Of a stretch of DNA of 64,000 nt, positions 50,221-63,319 are shown piece after piece. Source of the stretch: Malacoraja senta (lineage: Eukaryota). How positions within the stretch are numbered: the first letter of the stretch is position 1; the number at the start of each line of letters is the position of its first letter. The notes under the pieces were generated by a model. It saw only the letters and a program-made list of their open reading frames with translations. It had not been told where the DNA came from and searched no databases. The DNA lies in the NCBI GenBank assembly GCA_038087875.1, contig CM075989.1:9548001-9612000 (forward strand), given 5' to 3'. The translations under genes and the position numbers were made by a program.

Positions 50221-50900
50221 TAAGAAGGAACTGCAGATGCTGGTTTAAACCGAAGATAACACACAAAAAGCTGGAGTAACTCAGCGGGGCAGGCAGCATC
50301 CCTGGAGAGAAGGAATGGGTGACGTTTCGGGTCGAGACCCTTCTTCAGAGGACTCGACCCGAAACGTCACCCATTCTTTTTCTTCAGAGATGCTGCCTGT
50401 CCCGCTGAGTTACTCCAGCTTTTTGTGTGTATCTTTAGTATTTTCAGTGTCTGTTAGCATGAATATTGGATAGGAAAGGCCATTTGTGCCACCACATTGT
50501 GGATTAGGTTTAGTTTTAGGCTGATTATTGTCCCTTCTTCAGACAGGTTAGGGATAAGGGATACGAGAGGTATAGACGATGATGTAGCAAGATAAAGAAT
50601 AATGAATGAAAGATATGCAAAAAAGTAACAATGATAAAGGAAACTGGCCATTGTTAGCTGTTTGTTAGATGAAAACGAGAAGCCAGGGGTAGAGAGAGAG
50701 GGAATGCCGGGGCTACCTGAAGTTAGAGAAATCAATCTTCATACCACTGGGCTGTAAGCTGCCCAAGCAAATTATGAGATGCTGTTGCTCCAATTTGCCA
50801 TTAGCCACACTCTGACAATGGAGGAGACCTACAACAGAAAGGCCTGTGGGGAAATGGGAAGGAGAATTAAACTGCTTAGCAACCGGGAGATCAGGTTGAT
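50221..50900 (-). mobile_element. Penelope 3' end (GIY-YIG C-terminus and pLTR) containing a templated insert
   Basis: Minus strand encodes KLEQQHLIICLGSLQPSGMKIDFSNFR*; intact hammerhead core at 50321-50348. Confidence 0.85.
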
Positions 50901-50949
50901 GTACAGTGGGGTCTTGGCATCCAGGTCATTAGCCCCCCCAAGTAGCAAC

Positions 50950-51492
50950 ATGGGAAATTCAGCATGTCTGTCATGAGTCTTGCCAATTTGTATACATTCA
51001 CCATAGAAAACATCCTATTCTGATGCATCATAGCTTTAGGATGGCAGCAGCTCTGCCCAAGACCACAAGAAATTACAGAGAGTTGTGAACACAGCCCAGT
51101 CCATCAAACAAACCAGCATTCTCTACCCAATAACTCCATCTCCACTTCACGATCCCAACGTAATCAAGGACCACTCACACCCCGGCAATTCTCTCAGTTC
51201 TCCACTCCCGTTGGGCAGAAGATATAAAAGTTTGAAACTTTCTTCTCTGCTATTATCAGACTCTTGATTGAGCCCCTCATATGCTGGGGATACATTCCTG
51301 ACCTTCTAATCTACCTTATTACGGACCTTGTACTTTTTTTATCTGCATTTCTCTGGAGCAGTGACACTATATTCTGCACTTCGTGTATTTTCGCTTTTGT
51401 ATTACCTGTTGTACTCGTGTGTATGGTAGATTTGCCTGAGCGCACAAAACTAAAGGATTTTCACTGTATGTCGCATGACGATAATAAACCAA
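50950..51492 (+). mobile_element. Rex1/Babar 3' fragment
   Basis: IKDHSHPGNSLSSPLPLGRRYKSL; TTTCACTGT...ATGACGATAATAAACC. Confidence 0.8.
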
Positions 51493-51509
51493 TACGAATA
51501 CACGTTGAA

Positions 51510-52055
51510 TAGTAAAGAAAGGTATGTTTGCATTAATTGCCCAAGGCATTGAGTTTAACAGTCAGGAAGTCTTGTGCCAGCTTCTAAAATTTTAGTTAGA
51601 CTGCATTTGGAGTAATGTGTAGTTATTGTTGCTCCATTATATGAAGGACGTGGAAGATTTGGAGAGGGTGCAGAAGAGATTTACCAGGCTGCTACCTGGA
51701 TTAAAGGACATTAGCTATAATGAGAGGTTAGACAAAATTGGATCGTTTTCTCTGGCGGCTGAGGGGAGAATAAAATTATGAGAGACATAGATATATGGTA
51801 GAGAGTCAGAATCTTTTTACAAATCATGAAAATGTCAAATAGACAACGTAGCTTTAAGGTGAGAGGGCTACATTTTTAAGATGTATGGAGAAGTTTTTTT
51901 TTAAACACAGAAAGTGGTAGGTGCTTAGAAAGGTCTGTGTTTATGGATGCAGGGACAATAGTGGCTTTTAAGAGGCTTTTAAATAAGCATGTGAACATGC
52001 AGAGAATGGAGGGATATGGATCATGTGCAGGAATTAGTTTATTTTGGCATCATGT
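51510..52055 (+). mobile_element. CR1 3' fragment
   Basis: GAGAGGGTGCAGAAGAGATTTACCAGG (E-R-V-Q-K-R-F-T-R). Confidence 0.8.
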
Positions 52056-52739
52056 TTCATTTTGCACATATATCAGGGAAAAGATAGTTTCATCAAATGC
52101 ATGTAATTCATACTAATTCTTCAGCCAATAAAGATCGGAATAGTTCAGATGATGCATTAAATGTGCCAATTCTCATAAAACATATTCACATGTTTTTTAA
52201 GGAGTATAGTTTACTTTTGGGCCATTATTTAGGATAAGCAAATTAATATATTAATAGTAAACCAACCCACAATCCACAAACCAACCTCATCCAGCTGTGG
52301 TTTCTTACATTTACATACAGATAGACTGGTCTATGTTTTTAATATGAATGCAGTGAGTATTCTGCTGCAGCACAACTGGACCCAGCAGAATAGGAATTGA
52401 ATCAGCGTGAGATAATCAAATGTCTGTGATAAAGTATTAGCCGACACATTGATCCAAACATAAGATGTAGGCTTTCCCTGTGACCTAATTCTGTTTTGTG
52501 CACAGATTCATTAAATAGCAGTCAGTTTCTGAGAGCTTTTAGAAAATACAATAAAAATACCTGAGTGTCTGATGTATTGAGTTCAGAATGAATATTTATG
52601 TGCAAGTCACCAAGTACACGATAGTTTAGCTGATGAAGATCTGCGATTTGGTGGAATTCAAGACAGGATGGGATGTGGAGACGGTACCAATTGAAAAACG
52701 ATATTAAAGGCTAGTGAACAGTCAAATGTATATATTAGG

Positions 52740-52935
52740 GAGACACAAGGAACTGCAGATGCTGGAATCTCGAGCAAAACGCAAAAGTGCTGGAGGAAGG
52801 CAGTGGGTCCGGCAGCTTTTGTGGAAGGAATGGACAGACAACATTTCAGGTCAGACCCATATGCGGATGTGGCCTGAAACACCATCTGTTCATTTCCTGC
52901 ACAGATGCTGTCTGACCCGCTGAGTTTCTCCTGCA
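52740..52935. mobile_element. Older palindromic Penelope pLTR repeat
   Basis: ACAAGGAACTGCAGATGCTGG...TTTCAGGTCA/TGGCCTGAAA. Confidence 0.75.
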
Positions 52936-53544
52936 CATTGTATTTTACTTGTATATCTTACCATGATTTTCCGCTGTGTGTGAAGAACGGCAACAATTAA
53001 AATGCTGTGAAATTACTTGTATACTTTGAAGTGACATCACCAGCCTGTTGAAGCCATATTTACATGAAGTGCAAAATATGTATATCTGTAAAAAACGAAC
53101 TCTTTTGCAGGTTATAGATCCTTGGGTACAAGCAGTCTTCCATGTGCTTTACTGAGTGATCATATTATAGCCCAAATTACAAGTGTGGTGTGGATATTTA
53201 ATTGCAGAGCATCACATCTCTCTGTATTAACTGGCAGATGACTCGGCTGCAATTAGGAGTGAGAATCCCTTTCACTGCCCCTACATATTGAAAGGCACAG
53301 AGGCCAAACGTAGTATTCTTACAACCAGCCAAGCTGACAGCAGGGTAATTCAAAGCAAGCCATTTGAAACCTCCTGGTCTGTTTGGGTCAGTGAACCTAT
53401 TACTGGACCTTTGGGAGAGGCGTTTTGCATTATTTGTATCCAGTCTACATCTTCATTCAAAACAATATGAAGAATGTTAAACTTCAAAATCACACGATTC
53501 TAATAATAACACTTCTAATCTTCAGCAAATGCTTTCCTGAAATG

Positions 53545-53878
53545 TTGTAGTGAGTAGCCATGGCGCTAAACTAACAAACTAAAATGTTTGCAATCCTTTC
53601 CGAGGGAGTTGTGAACTGAATTCAGTAAATTTGTTCAAACAAAGAAAATTATGTGTCTCAAAACCCAACTGATTCACTAATACCTTAGGAAGAGACCCAG
53701 CATGCTAGCTAATCTATTCCAGATGTGATGCTGGTTTCTCGATGGAACTAATTCTCAATACCCTCTGAAGAGGCCAATGAAATCCTCAACAGTTCACACA
53801 ATTGATGGATGAGATGATAACCCGTCACTTTTTTGCACCAATAAGGCAACATTTGTCCACATCCCAAGAAAAAAAAAT
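53545..53878 (+). mobile_element. Ancient SINE remnant
   Basis: AAAACCCAACTGATTCACTAAT...CCCTCTGAAGAGGCC...CCACATCCCAAG followed by an A-run. Confidence 0.5.
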
Positions 53879-54915
53879 ACTAAGCTTATAAATTGAAGTT
53901 ATTGGCCCAGATCAGACCTTAACAGTCAGAAACTACCTGTAAACTGCACCCATTGAAATCGGTTATAAAGTTCTCCACCACAATGCGGCATTCATTTTTT
54001 GTTAAATATGGTGTCTTTTATAGCCTATTTAAGCCTATGCCGCTTCCAAAATTTCAAGCTCTAATGGTAACCTTCTCCCCTGAAGGCAAAGATCCAAATT
54101 CAGATTAATTATCAGCTCCCACTGAAGAACAAACATGCTTGAATTGTATGACAATAGTGTTTTTTTGGGGATTGATTTAATCTATTTCAGAGGTGCAAAA
54201 AATGCTTCCAAGTTTCATTTCACCAAATGAACAAAATTGCTTAGCACTTATGAGGTCTGATTTATATTTATGCTCCATCTCCCGTTGTAAAGACTGCATC
54301 TATGCTGAAAAAGGGGGCTTTACTGCAGAAATGTAATTAACAAACTCACAGAATGTTGCCACTTAAGATGGTCAGAACTAGTTGTTTTTGAATTATAATG
54401 GCTGCCTGCCGCTTGATTACAAAGAATGACTTTAAAACAAAAGTGCTTAATACAATAGCAGCTTCAGCTGCCCCAGTGAAGAAACAGTATAAATGAGTCT
54501 AACAAAATAACAACAGGAGATAAAGTGAGGAGAGGCACAGTATAATTATTATTTACTAGTTCTGTTGGATGCCACAGATATTCTTAACAGCTTGTTCATT
54601 GTCAAATCAACAAACAGTGCTGAATAAATGACCTATTGGGAATTATTCTCTGGCTGCTTTCCTCCCCCTTGCTAGATGTCATTTACAATCAGTGAACGCT
54701 GTTTCAAAGCTGACAGCAGCTCCCTGAAAGCCCTCCAGACTCCAATTCTTTAACAGCTACTCTTGAATCTATCTTCAAAATGAACAGCTTATAAAAACGT
54801 GGAGTTCTTTGCTTTGTAAAATATTCTTTTCGATTTAGAAATCTCACAGGATCCTAAAAGAAAGATGCTTGTCAAATCCTGTGTAATATTTAGATTTTAC
54901 ATGGTGTTAGAAGAC

Positions 54916-55230
54916 AGCACCATGGCACAGCTAGCTACTGGCTCAGATTGCCGGAAAACCAGGTTCAATCCTGACCTCAGTGTTATTTGTGTGGAGTTTG
55001 CATGTTCTCCCTGTAAATGTGTGGGTTTTGGCTGGGTGCTCTAGTTTCCTTCTACATCCCAAAAATGTGTGAATTGAGAAGTTAATTAGTGACTGTATAT
55101 TGTCTCAGGGTGTTGATAAGATCATAAGGAGAATAAAAAAAAGGATGAATGTAGGAATAGTTACCAATGTCAGCATGGACTCAGTGGAATGAGTCAGGAA
55201 GAGTCTGTTTCCATGCTGCATCTCTCTAAG
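54916..55230 (+). mobile_element. V-SINE-like SINE
   Basis: TGGCACAGCT A-box, GGTTCAATCC B-box, GTGGAGTTTGCATGTTCTCC. Confidence 0.8.
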
Positions 55231-57149
55231 ATCCTATGAATACTCATGGAAAAAGTGCACTCGTTATGTTGTATTTATTAAAAGGCTCTATGAAAAGCTT
55301 GTTTTTTGAATAGATTTCACAAGCAGATGACACTAAATCCTCAAAACACTTTAAAAATATTGTATTCATTCACACTTGTGAATTTTGTGTTCAAATTCCT
55401 GAGAGAATTAAGGACAGCATTCTGGTTATTTGTGGGCAGAGTTATTGTATGTGAATGACTATGCATTCAGTGGTATTTGATAGAGTGTAAATCTGCGACC
55501 CTGTAGTTTAATCAAAAATCAAGACCAATGAGTAAACTCCAAAAACTAGGATGAATGGCCAATTCTCGAGGAAATGTCAACTTTGCCACCCTGCACTCCT
55601 GGTGTGCTGCATGCAGCTCCTTTACCCATGTCACAGGGAACATTTCATATTCTTGCCACAACAATGAACAGTATCGCTGCAGAGTGCAACTTTGGTTGCC
55701 TGTGTTATATATAACCTTTTGAATCAAATTGTAGAAAAGGCACTGAAAATGCTGTTAATGTTATTTTGAAGGCAACGTTCTGTGCTTTTTATTTTTTGAA
55801 GTTTAAAAAAATTATTTTCAACCATTTCAGTGAAGATTGCTATATATTTTTAAACAACTGAATGTACTCGATGGATTGGATTGAATTTATGATTATAAAT
55901 GCTTTGATTTGTTTTTGACGAGGCAGAACAGGTTTGCATGCAGCTGCAATTCAAAAAATAAAACATTATTCTTGCTCTCGCTAACATTTTACTATTAACA
56001 AAGATTATGGATCCTGGACAGAGGCCAGGTAAACAAAAAATGAAGAAAACAAAAAGTAATCAGAAAGCATAGGCACAACATGCAAAGGCATAATGGCAAC
56101 AAACTTTTCAAGATGTGCCGTGCAATACATTCTAGATTGGAAAATGGCCAGACATCTTTCTGAATGAACAGAATGAATAATGGACGAAGGCTCAGAAATG
56201 TATCAGGTACACCAGACTAGACTTTACCAGCACCTTCCAACTATTGTTATAAAGACAGCCCCAGTAGTGACCAAAAGAATTAGCTTCACAAATCTTGGGG
56301 CAGCAATTACCTACATGCAGAACTTTTTGGCGTGGAATTACTGTCATGCTTACTGCTGCAGTTAAAATTACTCCTTCCATGCACCACAGTAAAGCGGTAG
56401 CAAACATTGCCATGGTGGTGAGGGAAATGACAGAGGAAGGGGAACTCAGCACTCGCCAGTGCGTTTGGCATTCCCCATGCCCCATGATTAACTGGCCCAA
56501 TCATCTCATATTCTACGAGAAGCTGCAACCCACTGTGGACAGTGGGTTGATAAGGGGCTAACGATCAGTGCCTGCACATCAGTTATTAAAAACAAAGTTG
56601 CAACTATTGAAGAGAGCACTAGGAAGTACCGAAGGCCAGGATTAAACCAGTTACTGGAGCAGCAAAGCAGCAATGTTAACAGGTGCAACACCGTGCCATC
56701 CAGTGTTTTGCTCAACTGCTGGTACTAGTCAGAAACATTAAAGTCCTCTGTACTGCAGTGACCATAATTAGTCCTCTATGTGGAAGATATGTTAGAGAGA
56801 TACAGAACTAAATAATCAAAAGCCAGTTAGAAGACAGATGTCACAGAATGTCACTGTTTAAGTACTTCTTGGGCAAATGATAATCAAATCGCTGAATTCA
56901 GATATTTACTTTACTTGAAGGTGAAATAAATGAATTCAAGTATAATAGGATATGGCAATAATAATTTTGAACCACGAAAATAAAGGCTAGAATAGGATCT
57001 TACCTGTATCATATCATAGAGCTTCCTTTCATTTTAATCTTTTATCCTACGACAAAACAACCTTTTTGTTCTCTCCTCCATTTTACAAGCTTTCTCTGCA
57101 TCGTAACACTGGCTAGATTGCTACCCTTTGCACTGAAAGGTGGAAGTTA

Positions 57150-58775
57150 CAGTACCCTCCATAATGTTTGGTACAAAGACCCATCATTTATTTATTTGCC
57201 TCTGTACTCCATAATTTGAGATTTGTAATAGAATAAATCACATGTGGTTAAAGTGCACGTTGTCAGATTTTATTAAAGGCCATTTTTATACATTTTGGTT
57301 TCACCATGTAGAAATTACAGCTGTGTTTATACATAGTCCCCCCCCCATTTCAGGGCACCATAATGTTTGGGACACATGGCTTCACAGGCGTTTGTAATTG
57401 CTCAGGTGTGTTTAATTGCCTCCTTAATGCAGGTACAGGAGAGCTCTTAGCACCTAGTCTTTCCTCCAGTCTTTCCATCACCTTTGGAAACTTTTATTGC
57501 TATTTATCAACATGAGGATCAAAGTTGTGCCAATTAAAGTCAAAGAAGCCATTATGAGACTGGGAAACAAGAATAAAGCAGTTAGAGACATCAGCCAAAC
57601 CTTAGGCTTACCAAAATCAACTGTTTGGAACATCATTAAGAAGAAAGAGAGCACTGGTGAGCTGACTAATCGCAAAGGGACTGGCAGGCCAAGGAAGACC
57701 TCCACAGCTGATGACAGAAGAATTCTCTCTATAATAAAGAAAAAACAAAAAACACCTGTCCGACTGATCAGAAACACTCTTCAGGAGTCAGGTGTGGATT
57801 TGTCAATGACCACTGTCCGCAGAAGACTTCATGAACAGAAATACAGTGGCTGCACTGCAAGATGCAAACCACTGGTTCGCCGCAAAAATTGGATAGCCAG
57901 TTACAGTTTGCCAAGAAGTACTTAAAAGAGTTCTGGAAAAGGTCTTGTGGACAGATGAGATGATGATTAACTTATATCAGAGTGATGGCAAGAGCAAAGT
58001 ATGGAGGAGAGAAGGAACTGCCCAAGATCCAAAGCATACCACCTCATCTGTGAAACACAGAGGGTGTTATGGCCTGGGCATGTACTGGCTCACTTATTTT
58101 CATTGATGATACAACTGCTGATGATTGTAGCATATTGAATTCTGAAGTATATAGACACATCCTATCTGCTCAAGTTCACACAAATGCCTCAAAACTCATT
58201 GGCTGGCAGTTCATTCTGCAGCAAGACAATGATCCCAAACATACTGCTAAAGCAACAACAGAGTTTTTCAAAGCTAACAAAATGGTCAATTCTTGAGTGG
58301 CCAAATCAATCACCTAATCAGATCCCAATTGAGCATGCCTTTGATATGCTGGAGAGAAAAATGAAGGGGACTAGCCCCTAAAAACAAGCATAAGCTAAAG
58401 ATGCTTACAATACAGGCCTGGCAGAGCATCACCAGAGAAGTCATCCAGCACCTGGTGATGTCCATGAATCGCAGACTTCAAGCAGTCATTGCATGCAAAG
58501 GATATGCATCAAAATACTAAACATGACTACTTTCATTTACATAACATTGATGTGTCCCAAACATTATGGTGCCCTGAAATTGGGGGACTATGTATAAACA
58601 CTGCTCTAATTTCTACATGGTGAAACCAAAATGTATAAAAATGGCCTTTATTAATATCTGACAACGTGCACTTTAACCACGTGTGATTCTTTTCTGTTAC
58701 AAATCTCAAATTGTGCAGTACAGAGGCAAATAAATAAATTATGGGTCTTTGTCCCAAACATTATGGGGGACGTTG
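57150..58775 (+). mobile_element. Full-length Tc1 (IR/DR type) transposon, 1626 bp
   Basis: TA TSD (57148-57149 / 58776-58777); ~225-bp TIRs starting CAGTACCCTCCATAATGTTTG, each with an internal direct repeat ATAATGTTTGG.AC. Confidence 0.96.
57512..58520 (+). pseudogene. Tc1 transposase, frameshifted
   Basis: GRPRKT; WTDE; QQDNDPKH; SPNQIPIEH (degenerate SPDLNPIE), spread over several frames. Confidence 0.93.
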
Positions 58776-60479
58776 TACCTATTTGAAAAGGGAGAGACTT
58801 GTTGGATCTTATGCTCACAAACAAGAAGTCTGAGCTTTCTTTAAAGACTTCCGCACTCTCTCATTGTGTTGAGATGAAACTGAGCTCTTTTCTGGCTTGT
58901 GGAAATATAATTCAACATTTCGGATCAAACAGTACAACTGTAAAAGCTCCAAAGTAACGCCTAATTTTGTTCACATGTCCCAAGTGAAAAGTAACATTCC
59001 AGCAAATGTTTGAATACCTTAATATCTTTCTCCACCTGAACTTAGGTATTCTTTTGCACTACTCAGATTTACACTACAATCTTGCACTATTCTCCTATTT
59101 TGCGCTCATTGTTTATTGCTGTAGTTACCATCACTGTTTGTACACATTTATTCTGTAAGATTCATATGAACAAGGAATTTCTTTGCACCCTGGTGTATAT
59201 GACAATAATCTAAACCTAGGTGTTGGCCTTTGGTGAAACCTTCCATTACACATTTAGCTGAAAAGCACCACCTTTTTTCCTGAGAGTTGGCTCACAGGTA
59301 GTAACGCATTTCCCCATTCTGGCATGTGGTGTGGCAGCCATATTAATTGGAACTCACCTTTCCTTTGGGGTGGGGGAGGGAAAATAGTAGTGTGTGGAAC
59401 AAAAAAATACCAACCAGTAGGTAGCGTTTGGTAGGAGATCATGAAGTACATGTTTGACAAGGGATCAGACAGAAATGCCAGGTAGGTGACTGCAAGTGGG
59501 AAAAAGTGAGTACATCCATCAGGATTGAGAATGGGAGACCCAAATGGGGAAGGGATTGATTACAGCAAGGCTTGGGCATATGGCAGAGTAGATACCTCGT
59601 GCCTGCAAATTTAAGTAAGTGCAATCAATTGTACCCTACAATCAAGCAAAGTCATATACTCTTTGTGCCTGCTGGTTTCTAGCAAGAGAAAATTACTCAA
59701 GAACTTCAATATCTTTCCTTGAGATTCATAAGTATCTTCAGCGTCTGCTTGGAGAACCAGATGTACATAAGTGCATTGCCAGTCACTTCAACAGTCATTG
59801 GCATGTCATTCCTTGCCCAGCTCTGAGGTAACATATAATGCTTCAAATCAGTAAAAATGTACTCAAAGAAGCACATTTGTCTTACATTTTGCATCATGTT
59901 TCAGGTAGGAAAATGTATGTAAAGTATGAATATGTGGAGTTAGATTATTTAATGAGTTTTCAAATAAAATTTTGAATCCTGAGAGGATTTGATAGTAAGC
60001 TAATATTAATCTAAGCTTCTCTTAGATCAATGAAATGTGACAATGTTACGTGTACATCAAATTAAATGACGCAAGTGTGACTTACCATGAGTTCTTCCGG
60101 GGCAGGCCTTTCAGTCGGTAACTTCCTCATGCTATGGTAAATAAATACAACAATTATTTCACAATCCACGTGAATTATCAATGACATTCACAATTTTAAA
60201 GAAAAATAAAGTTTATTGATCAACATGATTTTTGGATATATGTAAAATGTAACTCAAATCTCTTCTGTAAATATCTTGTTGAGATGCACTTTTGGTATCC
60301 AGGGATAGCATTTAATTATCTCAACTCAAAACCAGAATTAAAGTTGCTGCTTCTTCACCCATTAATTTAAAAAATGTAATTGTCACAGTTATTACTTGTG
60401 AAGTTTTTCACTTTCATACCAACCAATCTATGGTCTTTGGTATTTTGTTCCAAAACAAACAGACATCACTTGATCAAAA

Positions 60480-60645
60480 CACAAATTTGGTTGACATCTG
60501 TGGTGGGAATGGACAGATGACATTTCAGATGAAGAAAGGTCCCATCCCGAAACATCATGTGTCCATTTTTCCGCAGATGCTGCCTGACCCACTGAGTTCC
60601 TCAACGTCTTGCTAAGAACTCCAGCATATGCAGTTCCTTGCATCT
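60480..60645. mobile_element. Penelope pLTR repeat, degraded
   Basis: TGAAGAAAGGTCCCATCCCGAAACATC...GCAGTTCCTTG. Confidence 0.7.
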
Positions 60646-61479
60646 CCTCTGAAAATGCTGGATGCTGTCTACAATGAAAAAGTAGCCCCTTTGTACTGCA
60701 TCACCTTCAGGAGTACTGAAGCATCTCTTAACAAATTATGAAGAGATTAAAAACATAACCTAAGTTTAAAATTCTACCTATTTAGCTCCCTCATGCAGCG
60801 CATAAATTCGTATCAAAGCATCTTTATAAATAGCTGCAGGATGGATAGGCAACCGTCAGTGTATCTTCATAACCAGCTCCAGGATGTACACAAGAAGGCC
60901 AACATAATTTTGTCTTTTATTTTTATATTCTTCCTTGAAATCAATTGGTTATGATGGGGAACTGAAATGCTTGGCAAACTTCTATGATCTTGAATTTTAT
61001 TATTTTTGTTACACTACAATTTTGTTTAATTATTTTCTGGAACAAGTAAGGAGAGCATGTGTCGAATCAGTTAATGGAATGTCTCAATGATGGATGGCTT
61101 AAAAAAAGACCATTTCCAAGTTTTCTTCTACAAAGGCAGGTTTTGTTTTAAAGTCTCTGAATTATTATAAACATGAGTATTCTCAATGGCTTGGGTGGTC
61201 TTACAGAATGACTCTACTTTGATCGTAGGATTGTGCTGTTAGCTGACTAATGATAAGTTTGGGCCTGTGTTTCTGTGCTCAATGTTAGAACACGAGTGAG
61301 TGCAGAACAATTTGTCAAGACTCAGTTTCCAGACTCATATGGAGGATTCACAGAAAGCTTTTGGCCACCCACAGCAAGATCAAAACTTCCAGAGAAAATT
61401 GGAAGGGAGGGAAAAGCATACAGTTACAAAAAAATTAGGGTGATGACTGCAGAAACCAGGACAGTCAATTCCCAATCTT

Positions 61480-61665
61480 CCACTCGACCCTGTTGCGGCC
61501 CTTGCACCTTTTTTAAATGCAATTTGCTTATAGCTGTAACATTATGTTCGGCACTCTTTATATTTTCTTCTTTGCATTACCTGATGTACTCATTTATATA
61601 TGATTTGCCTGCATGGCGCACAAAAGAACATTTTTCACTGTATCTCGGTACCTATGACAATAATT
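61480..61665 (+). mobile_element. Rex/Babar 3' UTR fragment
   Basis: TTTTTCACTGTATCTCGGTACCTATGACAATAA. Confidence 0.6.
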
Positions 61666-62224
61666 AAAAAGTAACCACTGAATTGGTACAAAATTTAGAG
61701 AATTTTTTAAGACGTGAATATACTGCTCAATTGTAAGCTTGATGAAAATGCAACATATTTCCCTCAGTCGTCAATTTATTTATATGAAAAACTAATTTGG
61801 GATAAAGAGACATATATTGGCCAAAAGCAACACTTACTTATAAACAACCTCTTCAAAGCACAATTCTGATAATTTGACAGATCCCTGCACTCTTTCAGTG
61901 TGGCATTTGGCTAGCCACCAGGTTTGAAATAACAATCTTCCATATTGTAATCTCAGATTCCCCTCCGCATCCCATCCCCTACCATTCACTTATACCCCTC
62001 CAGCCACTTGGCCAAGATCATTAATTCATCAACAGGCGAGACAAAAAATAATTTAATACAATCTTTCTCCTTATTGATTAAGAAGGGAGATGAGAAGCAC
62101 CACATTCTTATTACTGAAGGATCCTGACCCGAAATGTCACCTATCCATGTTCTGCAGAGATTCAGGTGACCCACTGAGTTACTTTGTGTTCTTCAGTGTT
62201 TATGAGAAACATTTTCCTATCTGC

Positions 62225-63215
62225 AGAGTATAGAGTCATACATCATGGAAACAGGCCCTTCGGCCCAACTTGCCCACACTCGCCATCTGGTCCCAGCTAC
62301 ACTAGTCCCACTGCCTGCTTTTGGCCCACATCCCTCCAAACCCGTGCTATCTATGTACCTATCTAACTGTTTCTTAAATGTTTCGATAGTCCCTGCCTCT
62401 TATTTACCCCTCAGATTCCTATGAAATCTTTTCCCCTTCAACTTAAACCTATGTCGTTCTAATAAATAAAAATTAAAAAAAAAAAAAAAAAAATTAAACC
62501 TATGTCCTCTGGTCCTCGATTCCCTACTCTGGACAAGAGACTTTGTGCATCTACCCGATCTATTCCTCTCATGATTTTTTACACCTCTATAAGATCACCC
62601 ATCTTCCTGCATTCCTATAGCTCAGTTCCTCAAGTCCTGGCAACATCTTCGTAAATCTTCTCTGGACCCTTACCAGCTTGAAAACATCTTTCCTATAACA
62701 TGGTGCCCAGAACTGAACACAATACTCTAAATGTGCCCTCACCAACATCTTACATTATTGCAACATGTCCTCCCAACTTCTACACTCAAAACTCTGACTA
62801 ATGAAGGCCAATGTGCCACCCTATCTACCTGCGACTCCACCTTCAAGGAACTATGTACATGCACTCCTAAGTCCCTCTGCTCTATAACACTCCCAAAAGC
62901 CCTACCACTGTGTATGTCCTGCCCATGTTAGACTTCCCAAAATGCAACACCTCACATTTCTCTGTATTAAATTCCATCAACCATTCCTCAGCCCATCTGG
63001 CCAACCGATCAAGGTCCTGCTGCAATTCGTCACTACCATCTTCACTATCTGCATTATCACCCACTTTTGTATCATCTGCAAACTTGCTAATCTTGCCATG
63101 TACATTCTCATCCAAATCATTAAGATGACAAACAGTAACGGGCCCAGCACCGAGCCTTGAGGCACGCCACACAGGCCTCCAGTCTGAGAAGCAACCTTCC
63201 ACATCACCATCTGCT
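62225..63215 (-). mobile_element. CR1 LINE RT/3' end
   Basis: GVPQGSVLGPLLF and KISKFADDTKVG...LQQDLDRLARWAEEWLMEFNTEKC in shifted frames; tail GGAAACAGGCCCTTCGGCCCA. Confidence 0.93.
62456..62493 (+). mobile_element. 38-bp poly(A) retro-insertion with a 13-bp TSD
   Basis: TTAAACCTATGTC at 62443-62455 and 62494-62506 flanking GTTCTAATAAATAAAAATT(A)19. Confidence 0.8.
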
Positions 63216-63319
63216 TCCTTCAATGAAGACAATTTTCTATGTTGCAGTTCTAGTCTGAAGGTATATTGCAAATAGAACCCATTTTCCTCCCCCCAACACC
63301 CCTGTTGAAGATTGATATT

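Noticed and set aside
56180-56715. Cluster of short overlapping ORFs as a possible exon
   Set aside because: No recognisable protein similarity or convincing splice-bounded frame.
2904-62185. Recurrent GCTGGAGTAACTCAGCGGG repeats as CRISPR-like arrays or true MITEs
   Set aside because: Dispersed, no regular spacers, eukaryotic context, contiguous with PLE coding remnants, no constant short TSD.
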